NCBI GenBank assembly: GCA_016748015.1
Contig: JAAOMT010000197.1
Coordinates: 96,388-160,387, forward strand
Origin: Geosiphon pyriformis uo1
Taxonomy: Eukaryota > Fungi > Glomeromycota
Direction: 5' to 3'
Length of the DNA stretch: 64,000 nucleotides
Shown: positions 53,101 to 64,000 of the stretch, piece after piece
Position numbering within the stretch: position 1 is the stretch's first letter
Layout of the letters: every line of letters starts with the position of its first letter
Program-made: the position numbers and the translations under genes
Notes under the pieces: generated by a model
What the model saw: only the letters and a program-made list of their open reading frames with translations
Databases searched by the model: none
What the model was told of the DNA's origin: nothing

Positions 53101-54240
53101 CTTCTAAGACATATGGGTAAAATTTCTTGATTAATTTGTTTTTTAATTCTGCTATAAACTGATTCAAAATTTGAGCATTGAAATAATATTTATTGGTTTC
53201 CAATTGTCAAATTCATTGAAGAAGTTTGTTAAATCTCCCAAGATAGGTCATAACAGTTTTAGATGTTTCTTGTTTAATATTGTGAAAGCAATTGCAGAGA
53301 GTGATAGAGGTATTGTTGTCAGTAAATTGTTGTAAAAAAGCATCTTTGAATGCTTGCCAGTTTCCAAATGGTTCTTTTAAGTTTTCAAATCATTCTCCTG
53401 CAGTTTCTTGGAAAAAATATGGAATTGCTTTAAGCATTCTTGCTGCATTTCAACCATTTATATTTCCTGTTTTTTGAACTTTGTCAAGTCATTTTTGAGG
53501 GCTGGTATTATTATCTTTATCAGTAAATTCTGGAATTTTTGCAATATAAGCAGTTGCCATTTCTTTTTTGTTTTTTATAGTTTTTTCTTGTTCTGATTCA
53601 GTTTTTTCACTTTCCAAGTTTTCTGAATGATTACTTTCATTTTTTTGTAAGTAATCAATAATATTGGTGCTGGTTGATATTGGTTTCTACTGTTGAATAG
53701 GACTTTTAGATAACTGAAAATCTTCTGGTCTGGAGAAACAGGTAAGTGGTGAACTTGGTGTTTGTGATTAAGCAAGTAAAATTGGAAATAGTATAATAAA
53801 AAGTGGTAATTTGATACTGGTTTCTTGTTCAGGTGTTTGCAAGTGTTTAGCAGTTGTCTTTGGTGGTATTGAAGTGTTTAAAGTGGTTTTTGAATATTGT
53901 TTCACTTTTTGTTTGTCTTTGTTGCTTGTTTTTGTTTCTGATTTAAAGTCAAAAAAGTATTTGAATTATATTGGATATTTTTCTTTACAATACTGAATAA
54001 TGCTAAAGTTAAGTTCTTGAAAATAGGTGGCAAGTGTTTCACTGTTAAGGTTTTCAGTTCTCAATTGTGAATAGTGCAATAAATTATTGTAGAAGTGGTT
54101 TTTAACTTCTGAAATATTGTAGTTTCCAAAAAGATAATTGTTGATGCAGTTTTCAATGTATTGGTATACTGATTTCTTAACAACTTTAATTCTGTCTGAG
54201 ATGTTGAATCTTTGCTTACAGTGGGTGTAAATCAATTAAT
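47177..54240 (-). pseudogene. gag-PR-Cys-rich insert-dUTPase (~50510-50910)-RT-RH; integrase ~47177-48611
   Basis: Fragments 52910-53203, 51722-52153 (PR), 49644-49865 (RT) and 47575-47775 (IN). Confidence 0.9.
48316..48413. repeat. ~49-bp tandem duplication in the integrase zinc-binding region
   Basis: TCTTCCCAAGTGTGCTGAA..GAATCTGT..AT.TGTTGTATAGAAT occurs twice; single in copy 1 (~34385-34432). Confidence 0.85.
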
Positions 54241-55347
54241 AATACTCTAGAGTTGTTGTGTCTGGTGTGGTCACCACTTTGAAATTGTTATTGCTGTGTT
54301 ATTTCTGTAGAAGAGCACCAAATGTTACTGAAGGTTTTTTGGTCTTTTTTCTTAAATGTTGTTAATGTTTGTTTGTTGCTAATTTTATGTTTTCTGGAAG
54401 CAGTTAAACCTTTAATAACTGAATTTATCTTCAAATTATTTTCTATAATTTGAACTGCTAGGCTTATTAGTGGAATGGCCAATTCCGTGCCAGTTGCTTT
54501 GTGTAGTTACATTGTAGTAAATGTCAACTCTTTTCCAAAAATTGCTCATCTGAAAGCTCACTAAAAATGTGTAGTTACTTTGCTGTGAAAGTCAACTCTT
54601 TTACAGGAATTTTGTCTGTAGGCTACCCTAATAATTATGATAAGAAAAAAAAAAAAAAATAAAAAAAATGTAAAAAAATAGAATTGTGTCAAGGGAAACG
54701 TTTTCTATTCAGGCCTAGAGTTATTAACAGATTACTGAAATTGGTAGCTAATTAATTTCAAAATGTTAGTTGTGTTGAGGGAATTTCAAGTGTAATAATC
54801 AAAGGATTTGGTTTTCGAATATTTAATTTTTATTTGAGATGTGTAAAAGGTGATTTGTTTCAATTAAGATATCTAAAGTAAGATACTATGTTAAGATGCT
54901 ATGAGAAGATGAGAAAATAAATTTTCTTGAAGAGAAAAGCTCTTTTTTTATACAACTTGTTGTAGTACTATTCTTTGAACTTGCACTTTTCCCTTTGCTA
55001 TAATTTGGGTAAACTAAAGATATATTTCAGCAAACTACAAGTTATTTCACTGAACTATTGATTATTTCGGCCAATTTTCATTAATTTCGGCGAATTTTGA
55101 CTATGTTAAATGGTTCAGAGTATTGTATAATTTGATTATCTTAATTTCTAAGATACAAATTGGATTATTGATTGAGTAATGATATTTGATAATTTGATTA
55201 AATAATAAGTGATAATCAAAATAATAATAATATATGCTAATTAATAATAGGAATTATGAATGTAATTTCATGCTAATTAATAGTTAAAATTCTACTGGTA
55301 ACATTGTCAAAATTGAGAAATTATTGTCATCTAAAATGAGGCTTATC

Positions 55348-56431
55348 ATACAACTCAAATACTTTAACAACAATGGTTAAAGAATCAAGCCAGAAAAAGT
55401 CTACAATATAGATGCTGGATATAATTTACAATATTCAGGAAAAAATACTTTGGTCCTTCAACCAAAATCTTTAACAAAAATCAACTTTAGAATTGCTCTC
55501 AAAATTCTACCAGGAGCAATAGTCCAAATTGCTTCCGGATCATCCTTAGCCAGCAAAAAAATCAATGTCAGAGGAGGAGTTATAGATGCAAAATACACTG
55601 GAGATATTACTATTATGTTACAAAATGAAACAAACAAATCATTCAAGATTGAACATGTTAAAAAAATTGTTCAAGCAATTTATCTATCTTTAATTAACAT
55701 TTCGAATTTACAATTAGTTAACAACAGAAAATAATTAAGAAAAAGTAAAAAAGAAACTCAAAATTTTGATTTAACTGGATGATTTACAGTTTCAGTAAAC
55801 ATTACTTTTAATACACAAAGTAAATTTTACCAGATTTTACAACTTTTTCAACCAATTATCATTTCATCTTTTGGAGAATATCACGAAATCTATACTTGTT
55901 TAAAACCTATCACTAGTCAACAAATCTTTGAATCCAATGAACAAATCTGTTTGAAACATAAAATCTCAATTCTAAATGTTTATATACCAAAAAAAATGAA
56001 AAAATTTTGAGTTATATTTTACAATCCCAACAATTATTTCATTATTCTATTAAATAAATTAGAAATTGGAATCATATATAACAACATCTTTCAAGATGAA
56101 AATCCTTAAATTGTCTCTAATTTTATTGAAATTGTAAAACATATTTTACTTCCCAACTCAAACATCATTGCTATTACTGAAAACTACCTTTTTTTAGAAG
56201 AAAAATTTTTTCAAATCAACATGAATCTCTTAGAATCTCAATAACAAAAACAATTAAAACAGTTAATAGCTGAATTTGTTGATATATTTGCAAAAAACAA
56301 CAATAATCTTGGAAAAACTGATATTATTCAACATCAAATTTATACAGACAATGTTTCATTAAAATGTTAACAAGTTTATTGAGTACCATTTGCCAGCCAC
56401 TAATTTATTAAGAAAAAAGTCCGAAGAATAC
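55348..56431 (+). mobile_element. Internal fragment of family B (dUTPase to RT start), no LTR visible
   Basis: Matches ~31852-32932; ORF 55450-55734 is dUTPase (GGVIDAKYTGDI). Cut by the LTR at 56432. Confidence 0.85.
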
Positions 56432-59400
56432 TATTACAGGTAATTATTTGGTTTTAAAGCAAATAACAAACCTATAACTTAGTGCTCAATTGATATAATA
56501 ATGTTAATATCTGAAGGTTTTCGTAATCTGAAGATTTTGGTTGGTCTAAAGGTTTTGTTGTGGAGTTTTTTGTATAATGGACAGAGATTCAATTGTTGTC
56601 TTCTTAGTAGCTTCTTGGAATTACAATTCTGTTAAATTTCTTTTTCAGCATAGTGGCTGGTAATCTGGCAGAGATGCTCTTCTGGTAAGCTCTCCTTAAA
56701 TTCTCAATATTATACTCTTCCTTTGAGGTCTTTTACCAGGCTATCCTTGATGTCAATAATTCAGTGCTTTCTTTTTTTAGTCAATTAGTAAAACAAAAAG
56801 AAATAATAAAAAAAGAAAATAAAAAAAAAATAAAGAAATAAGCCAAGACAATGAGTATTAGTATTCTATTAATAGTTATGATCAAGAGCTATTGTTCTAG
56901 TGTGATTAAGTATTAATTACTATCAACATGAAGTGTTGATAGTAGAGAGTAGATTAAGATAATGAATAATTATTTATTGATATTTGTAAATAAAAGATTG
57001 CTTAAATTAAATCTAAACTAAAAGGTCTTCCTTTTTTTCTTCTAATGCTATCACTATATATACATAATTGATGTTTTACAAGATTGCTTATATTCTTGAG
57101 CAATATGCTATGATTTTTTAAGCAATGTGTCCTAATTTTTTAACATTACTCCACATTGCTGAGCAATGTGCTCATGTGTTAAATACTACTTTTTTATTGG
57201 TCTACTATTTTCTATATCTGTTTTTCTTTTTATGAGTAACATTATCTCTTCCTTTTAATATTGAGCTTCATCAAAATTCTCATTTTGAATTATGTCAAAT
57301 ACTTTTTTTCAAGTAGCATCTGTTCCACTCTACTCTTTATTTTTTCAATTTGTGAGTTGTTTATTCTTCCTCATTGGTTGATGGTTATTGTTTCCATGTT
57401 AAAGTATAACAATACTTCTGAGTAGTTTTGGAATATAGTATATAGTTGATAAATAGTCTTGATGTGTAGTGTCAAATTTGTTTTCTTTCCAATAATATCT
57501 TCAATGTTCCAGATTATCTTTTGATTGAAGATTCTCTTGGATTTGTCAAGATATAACTTCTGAATATCTATTTTTTGTCCCAATTGATAGTAGCAGTATG
57601 ATATTAGAAATTAGTCTATCTATTGGTTTTAATTTTCTTTTGCCAGTTTTTCTGTTGGAACTATAATGGTTATCTTTCCAAAAGTGTTCTTTATTTTTTC
57701 TACTATTTTATCTGACCAGTTTATTGACTGTTTCTGTGGTCACTGGTATAGTGTGTTTTTCCCTTTTTGTTTGGTGTTTTAATAACAGATTGTTTGGTTG
57801 TTAATGATAATTTCCATGTTTACTTGCTGTTAACTTAAAGCCTAAAACAATTGTTAAGCTAAAGTGTGAATATGGTCTGGTATTTCCATTTTTTTTTGGT
57901 GCTTTTGTCACATATATTGTGTCTTTATATACTTTTTTGGTTGTTTAATTTAACATGTTTGGTTCAATAATTATGATTGGTTTCAGGTCTCATGAAATCT
58001 CATTTGGTTAGACTAGTATTCTCTGTGCTTCTAATTGTGGAATATTACTAGTGAATGGTGACATTATATGATAATATGGTTTTATTCAATTACTATATAC
58101 TGTTTTGGCTAAGATTTTGTTGTTTTATCTTAATTTATAAGCTCTATTTCCTAGAATTTTTTCTATGTGAAATGGTCCGTCTCATTTGGGATCAAATTTT
58201 CCACTCTATTGTTTTTCCACTTTAATATAATATAGAAATACTTTGTCTCCAATCTTAAATTTAACTAGTTTATCTGTTAGTTGGTTATCATGTCTCTTTT
58301 TTTGTTTCTCTTGTGACTTTTAAATATTATCAGCTGCTTTTTGCCATTTGTTTTCCAGTGTCTTCATTAAGTCATATGTTCTTTTCAACAATGTTCTTTG
58401 AAAATTTTCTTCTGTTATTGGTTCTGTTGGATATGTTCTGACTTCTATCTTAACTGGTAAGATTGCTGTTCTACTATATACTAATTCAAATAGTGTTGTT
58501 TGTATAGTGTCTTGTTTCATTGTCCAATAAGTGAATAATATTGATAATATAAACAAATCTTATTCATCCTGGTTTTCTTGACTGATTTTGGCTATTGCTT
58601 TAAACAGTGTTTTGTTGAACCTTTCAACTAACCCATTTGTTTATGGATGATATGATGATGATAATAGTCTTTTCATCTTAAATCTTTGACTTAATTCTGT
58701 CAATATTCTATTTACAAAGTGAATTCTTTGATTTGATAATAGTTTTTTTGGACATCCGTGTTGACAGATCAAATCTTGATGAACAAATTCAGCAACAGAT
58801 TCTGCATTTGCTCTTTAAATGGATTTTGCTTTTGGCCATTTTGTGAGATAATTTATGGCTATTGCAATATATCTGTTTCCTCTGCTGGTTATTATTAATG
58901 GTTCAACTAAGTCAATTCCAATGTGATCAAATAGTTGTCTTATTTTAATTGGTTTTAATGGCTTACTTGGCCTTGTTTCTCCTTTTTTCTGACAAGTATT
59001 ACAATTTTAAACATATTGAATAGTGTCTGAATATATTAATGGCCAATAGTATCTTTTTCTGATTCTTTCCATAGTTGTTTCTTTGTAAAAATGTCCTGCT
59101 ATTGGATCTGAGTATATATTAAATAATATTGTTTTTTTCTTTAGTTTTGTAACTATTCTGGTTAGTTGATCTGGATTTCTTTTGTTTTTCTGGTAAAGTA
59201 TATTTTGATGGTTAATAAAATATTTTGATTGCTGTTTTATGTTGTTTTGTTCCTTTTGAGATAATTTTTCTTTGAACAATTGGGTATTTATATAATATTA
59301 GAGTGGTTGATATTTTTGTATATTCATCTTTTTGTTATATTTTTGGGTTGAAATGTTTTTAGATTTGTCTCATTTGTAACAGACCATCAGCATTTTTGTT

Positions 59401-61126
59401 TTCTTTTCCTTTTTTGTAATGTACTGTATAATTAAATGGTGAAAGTTCTATTTTCTATCTGATATAGTAATTGTCTGCAAATTCTTGCTTTTGGATTGAA
59501 GTTAATTCTTTATGATCAGTATACACATCAAATTTTTGACTCAAGTATTTTTTCCATTTAATAACAGCCCAATAGATAGCTAAGTGTTCCAATACTGGAG
59601 TTCTATAGTTTCTTTCAGCTGGATTTAAGCTTCTACTGATATAAGCTACTGGGTGTTTTTGTCCATTCAGTCCTTTCTGTAATAGTATCACTTCCAATGC
59701 TTGACCAAATGCATTAGTTGTAATTATGAATGGCTTGCTATGATCTGAATAGATCAATACTGGAGCTTAAATAAGCTTTCTTCTTAATGTATTAAAAGCT
59801 TTTTGCTAAGTTTCTGTCCATTCATATTTGGTGTTCTTTGTTTGGAGTTGGTATAGTAGTTAAGCTATTTTGGAAAAGTCTTTGATAAAGCATCAGTAGT
59901 ATTCAGCAAATTCCAAGAATGCTCTTAATTCTGTGAGATTATTTGGTACTGGAAAGTTTTTAATAATCTCAATCTTGTCTGGATCTGTTTTAATATCATT
60001 TTTGCTCACAACATGTCCCAAAAACTTTATTTCTGTTTTGCCAAAGAAGCATTTGTTGACATTTAATTTCAATTCTGCTTGTCTGAGTTTTTCGAATACT
60101 TATTGGAGATGATACAGATAATTATTGAATGTTTTGAAGAACACATTGATATTATCCAAGTATACAATTACAAATTTCCATAGCAGTCTAATATAGACAA
60201 TTTTCATGAGTTGTTGAAATGTGATAAGAGCATTTATCAAGCCAAATGGCATCACTTCAAATTCGAAATTTTATTCTTATGTTGTAAAAGCTGTTTTCTT
60301 TTTATCTTTTGGTTTCATGGCTACTTGCCAGTAACCACTGTCTAAGTCCAATGTTGAAAACCATTTTTTTCCTCCAAAAGTGTCAAACAATTCTTGGATT
60401 TTTGGAGTCAGGTAGCTATCTCTTTTGGTTACTCCATTTAGTTTTCAGTAATCTATACAAAAGTGGATTTTTTCATTTTTCTTATGGACTAGTACCATTG
60501 GTGATAACCATGGGCTCATTAATAGTTAAATTAACCTATTGTCAAGCATCCGATTGATTTCTTGACAAATGATTTTATGACTGGCTAATGGTACTCTGTA
60601 TGCTCTTTGTTTAATTGGCATTGTATCTTTAGTCTTAATCTAATACTGAATGATATTAGTATGGCCAAATTCGTTTTCACTGGCAAAAATGTTATTAAAG
60701 TTATTAAGTAACATCTTGAGCTGCATATGTTGAAATGAGTTTAAATTTTTCAAATTCATCTGTTCCAATTGTTCTGGTTGGAGTAGATAACATTTCCCTT
60801 GTTTGTATATTATTTGTAATGTGATATTCACATATCCACACAGTTGTGAAAAGTCTGGAATGGTGTTTGACAGTTGGTCTTCAATTTTGGTGGTTAAGTA
60901 TTCAATGGTGGTTCCTTCCAGTATCTTAATGGTATCTTCCATGTTGTTGTAAATAAGAATTTTGATGTGCCTGTAGTTCTTGGCTGGTATGTATAGATTA
61001 ATAAGTCCAATCTTTCCTGATTTATAAATAGTTGTTTTTGCTTCAAACATCTGAGCTTGACCTTTCATCTTTTTTTCTATAGTTAATATGTACTGGTCAT
61101 ATAGTAGAATAGAAATTGATAGATAG
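56432..61126 (-). mobile_element. 3' part of a Gypsy family A-related element (3' LTR 56432-57241, ORF3 ~57255-57913, IN, RT-RH), interrupted at 61127
   Basis: LTR ends, PPT AAAAGGAAGAGATAA, RH 59455-59757, IN 58320-59279, YLDN ~60151-60162. Confidence 0.9.
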
Positions 61127-64000
61127 TGTTACAGTAATTATTTGGGGTTTCAAGTCAAATAACAAATCTGTAACTTGGTGCTCAAAAGCTATTTGCATTG
61201 ATGATAAACTGAAGGTTTTGGGATTTGAAGGTTTTTCCAATGAGTTTTTTGTATAATGGACAGAGATTCAATAGTTGTTTTATCTGTAGCTTTCCAGACT
61301 CGCAAGTCTGTCAATTCTTTTCTCGGCTTGGTGGCTGGCAATCTTCTGGTAAGTAATCCATATCTTCTGTACATGTCCTACCCACTTGCAGGGGTCTTTT
61401 ACCAGGCAATTCTTGACATCAGTAATCAGCACTTTTTAATCAATTGGTTAGTACACAATAACAAAATCACAGAAAATAAAGAAAATAACAAAATAAAGAA
61501 ATATAAAGAAATAAGCCAAGGTGTTTGGTAGACTAGTATTCTGTCAATAGCCATGATCAAGAGCTATTGGTCCAGTGTGGTTAAGTATTAATTACTATCA
61601 ACATGAAGTGTTGATAGTGGATAGTGGATTGAGATATGAAATAATTATTTATTTGATGATTTTGTTTCTAGGCTAAGGATTTTGTGGTATCGATTCTGTC
61701 TTTTCTGTTTCTAACACTACTGTTATATATACATATTTGAGATTCCTCAATTCCTCAATTCTTCACGATGAGAATCCTGGAATTCTTGGAATTTTGTAAT
61801 TCCTTTAAGAGGAATCCTGGAATTCTGGAATCCTGTGATTCCTTGTCGGGGAATCTTGAAATTCCTGGAATCTTGCAATTTCTAAGAAGAATCCTGGAAT
61901 TCCATATTTACTACATCTACTTCTGATTGGCTAATAATTATACTAATATATTTTCTCTATTTCTATAAGTAACATTATTTCCTCCTTTTAATATTGAGCT
62001 CTGTCAAAATCCAACTCATTTAATTCCCTTTCTTGAAGTATTTCCTGGATTTTGTTTTCAAGAATTACTTGTGTTATTTGGGTCTGTAATTTTTCAAATT
62101 GAGTCTTGGTGATCTTTCCCAATTGATTACTGGTAACTCTATTTATTGTTTTGTTGAGTAATATTTCTGGTCTATCCTGAAATGCTGTGTGTATTTGGTA
62201 TATGGCTCGGGCCTGTGTGGATAAGTTGTTTTTTCCCACAAAATGTTTTAATTGTTGTAGTATTTTTTTGTCGAATAATTGCTTTGTTTTATCCATATAT
62301 AGATTCTGGATATTTATATGTTGTCCCAAGTAAAAATAACAATAGTTTCGTGGAAATTATTGTATCCACTAATTCCAAGTTTCTTTAGTCAACTCTTGAT
62401 ATAGTGACTTTTTTGTCAACTCTTTTATTGCTAATTTTACTTTTGCAATGATTTTGTCTACTGTATTTTCAGTTTTCTTCTGTGTTCTGAGTTGCAATGT
62501 CTTTCTAGTATCTTGATATCAAATGGTTTGTTGATTGATTGTAATCTCCATTTCCTGGTGTTGAATTAATTGAAAGAGTTGTTGTGCTAGTGAGTGAATG
62601 TTGTCTGTAATTTCTATTTTTCTGATATTTCCTGTCATGTCTATCATGTCTTTATATATTTTTTTTATGGATCAATTTAATGTGTTGTTGTTGATAATCA
62701 CGATTGGTTTCAGATCTCATGGAGTTTCATCTGGTTGGACTAGTATTCTCTGTACTCCTAATTGTGGAATATTACTGATAGATGGTAGTGTAATATTGTG
62801 GTATGGTTTCAGTCGATCTCTATGTGCTGCTTTGGTTAAAATTTTGTTATCCAGTCTTAATTTGTAAGCACCATTCCCTAGAATTTCTTCTATGTAAAAT
62901 GGTCCATTCCATTTGGGGTCAAATTTTCTACTCCATTGTTTTTCTGCTTTGGTATGATGTAAGAGTACTTTGTCTCCAATTTGAAATTCAACTGGTTTGT
63001 TTAGTAGTTGACTATTGTGTTTTTTTTTCTGTTTTTCTTTGTGACTTTTGAATATTATCAGCTGCTCTTTTTTGTTTATTTTCCAATGTTTCTATTAAGT
63101 CATATGTTTTTCTCAACAATGTTTCTTGAAAATTTTTTTCTGTTATTGGTTCAGCTAGATAGGTATTAATTTCTCTCTCTACTGGTAATGTTGCTGTTCT
63201 ACCATATACTAATTCAAATGGTGTTGCTTGTGTAGTATCTTGCTTCATTGTCCAATAAGCAAATAATACTGATGGTATGAACAAATCTCATTTGTCCTGG
63301 TTTTCTTGGCTGAGTTTGGCAATTGCTTCACACAATGTTCTGTTGAATCTTTTGACTAATTCATTGGTTTGTGGATGGTATGGTGATGATAGTGGTCTCT
63401 TAATTCCGAATCTTTGGCTCAATTCTGTTAATGTTCTGTTCACAAAATGAGTTCCTTGGTCTGATAATAATTTCTTTGGACATCCATGTCAACAAATTAA
63501 ATCTTGATAAATGAATTCGGCAATGGATTCTGCATCTGCTCTTTGAATTGCTTTCGCCTCTGGCCATTTAGTGAGATAATTCATGGCTACTGTTATATAT
63601 CTGTTTCCTCTGCTGGTGATTATTAATGGTCTGACTAAATCAATTCCAATCTGGTTGAATGGTTGTCCTACTTTGATTAGTCTTAATGGTTCACTGGGTC
63701 TTGTTCCTTTTTTTTGCTAACAAGCATCACAATTTTGAATATATTGAATGATATCTGGGTACATTGATGGCCAATAGTATCTCTTTCTGGTTCTTTCTAT
63801 GGTTGCTTTTTTGTAAAAATGTCCTGCTGTTGAATTTGAGTGCATGTTGAATAATATTGTCTCTTTTTCTGGCTCTGTAATTACTCTGGTTGGCTGATCT
63901 GAATTCCTTCTATTTTTCCAATAAAGTATATTTTGGTAAGTGATAAAATATTTTGATTGTTGTTTGATACTCTTTCATTCCATTTGAGATAAATTCTCCT
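61127..64000 (-). mobile_element. 3' part of a Gypsy family A copy (3' LTR 61127-61974, ORF3, integrase), nested in the previous element and running off the window
   Basis: TGTTAC/GTAACA ends, GGAATTCC array, PPT AAAAGGAGGAAATAA, integrase 63012-63284 and onward. Confidence 0.9.
61988..62647 (-). pseudogene. ORF3 of family A; C-terminal 113 aa open
   Basis: Ends ELDFDRAQY*; homologous to 23818-24473 and 57255-57913. Confidence 0.75.

Larger units (their letters stand above)
45355..55303 (-). mobile_element. Full-length Ty3/Gypsy element, family B copy 2 (3' LTR 45355-46328, 5' LTR 54323-55303)
   Basis: TGTTAC...GTAACA ends; TSD TCGT/TTGT; PBS at 54305-54322; PPT GAGGAGGAGATTA next to 46328; colinear with 27509-37408. 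Confidence 0.95.

Noticed and set aside
51729-53996. Antisense ORFs over gag/pol and LINEs (also 253-556, 4739-5266 alternative frame, 20025-20279, 29854-30174)
   Set aside because: Shadow or alternative frames of the recognised retroelement proteins.
27509-55303. B1 and B2 as arms of one giant composite transposon or an assembly artefact
   Set aside because: Each has its own matching TSD and private mutations, including a 49-bp duplication in B2 only.

Overview
Eukaryotic, very AT-rich, CpG-depleted fungal DNA; protein style suggests Glomeromycotina/Mucoromycota (inference, not verified). About 85% is a stack of decayed, nested retroelements: two RNase H-bearing LINEs lying tail-to-tail, and at least four Ty3/Gypsy LTR families with TG..CA ends and 4-bp TSDs. 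These include three full-length copies, two partial copies, an internal fragment, two solo LTRs and a non-autonomous deletion derivative, plus a Tc1-like deletion derivative inside one LTR. The Gypsy elements have an unusual layout: gag-PR-Cys-rich insert-dUTPase-RT-RH, a stop, integrase, then an extra non-env ORF before the 3' LTR. A CpG-retaining gene island at ~39.6-45.4 kb holds three intron-containing genes: a duplicated basic coiled-coil protein that may derive from a transposase N-terminus, a T4 Rnl2-family RNA ligase, and FCF1/UTP24. Repeats show C>T/G>A hypermutation that goes beyond CpG and fades next to the island. Coordinates of decayed ORFs are approximate; all comparisons were by eye, with no searches run.
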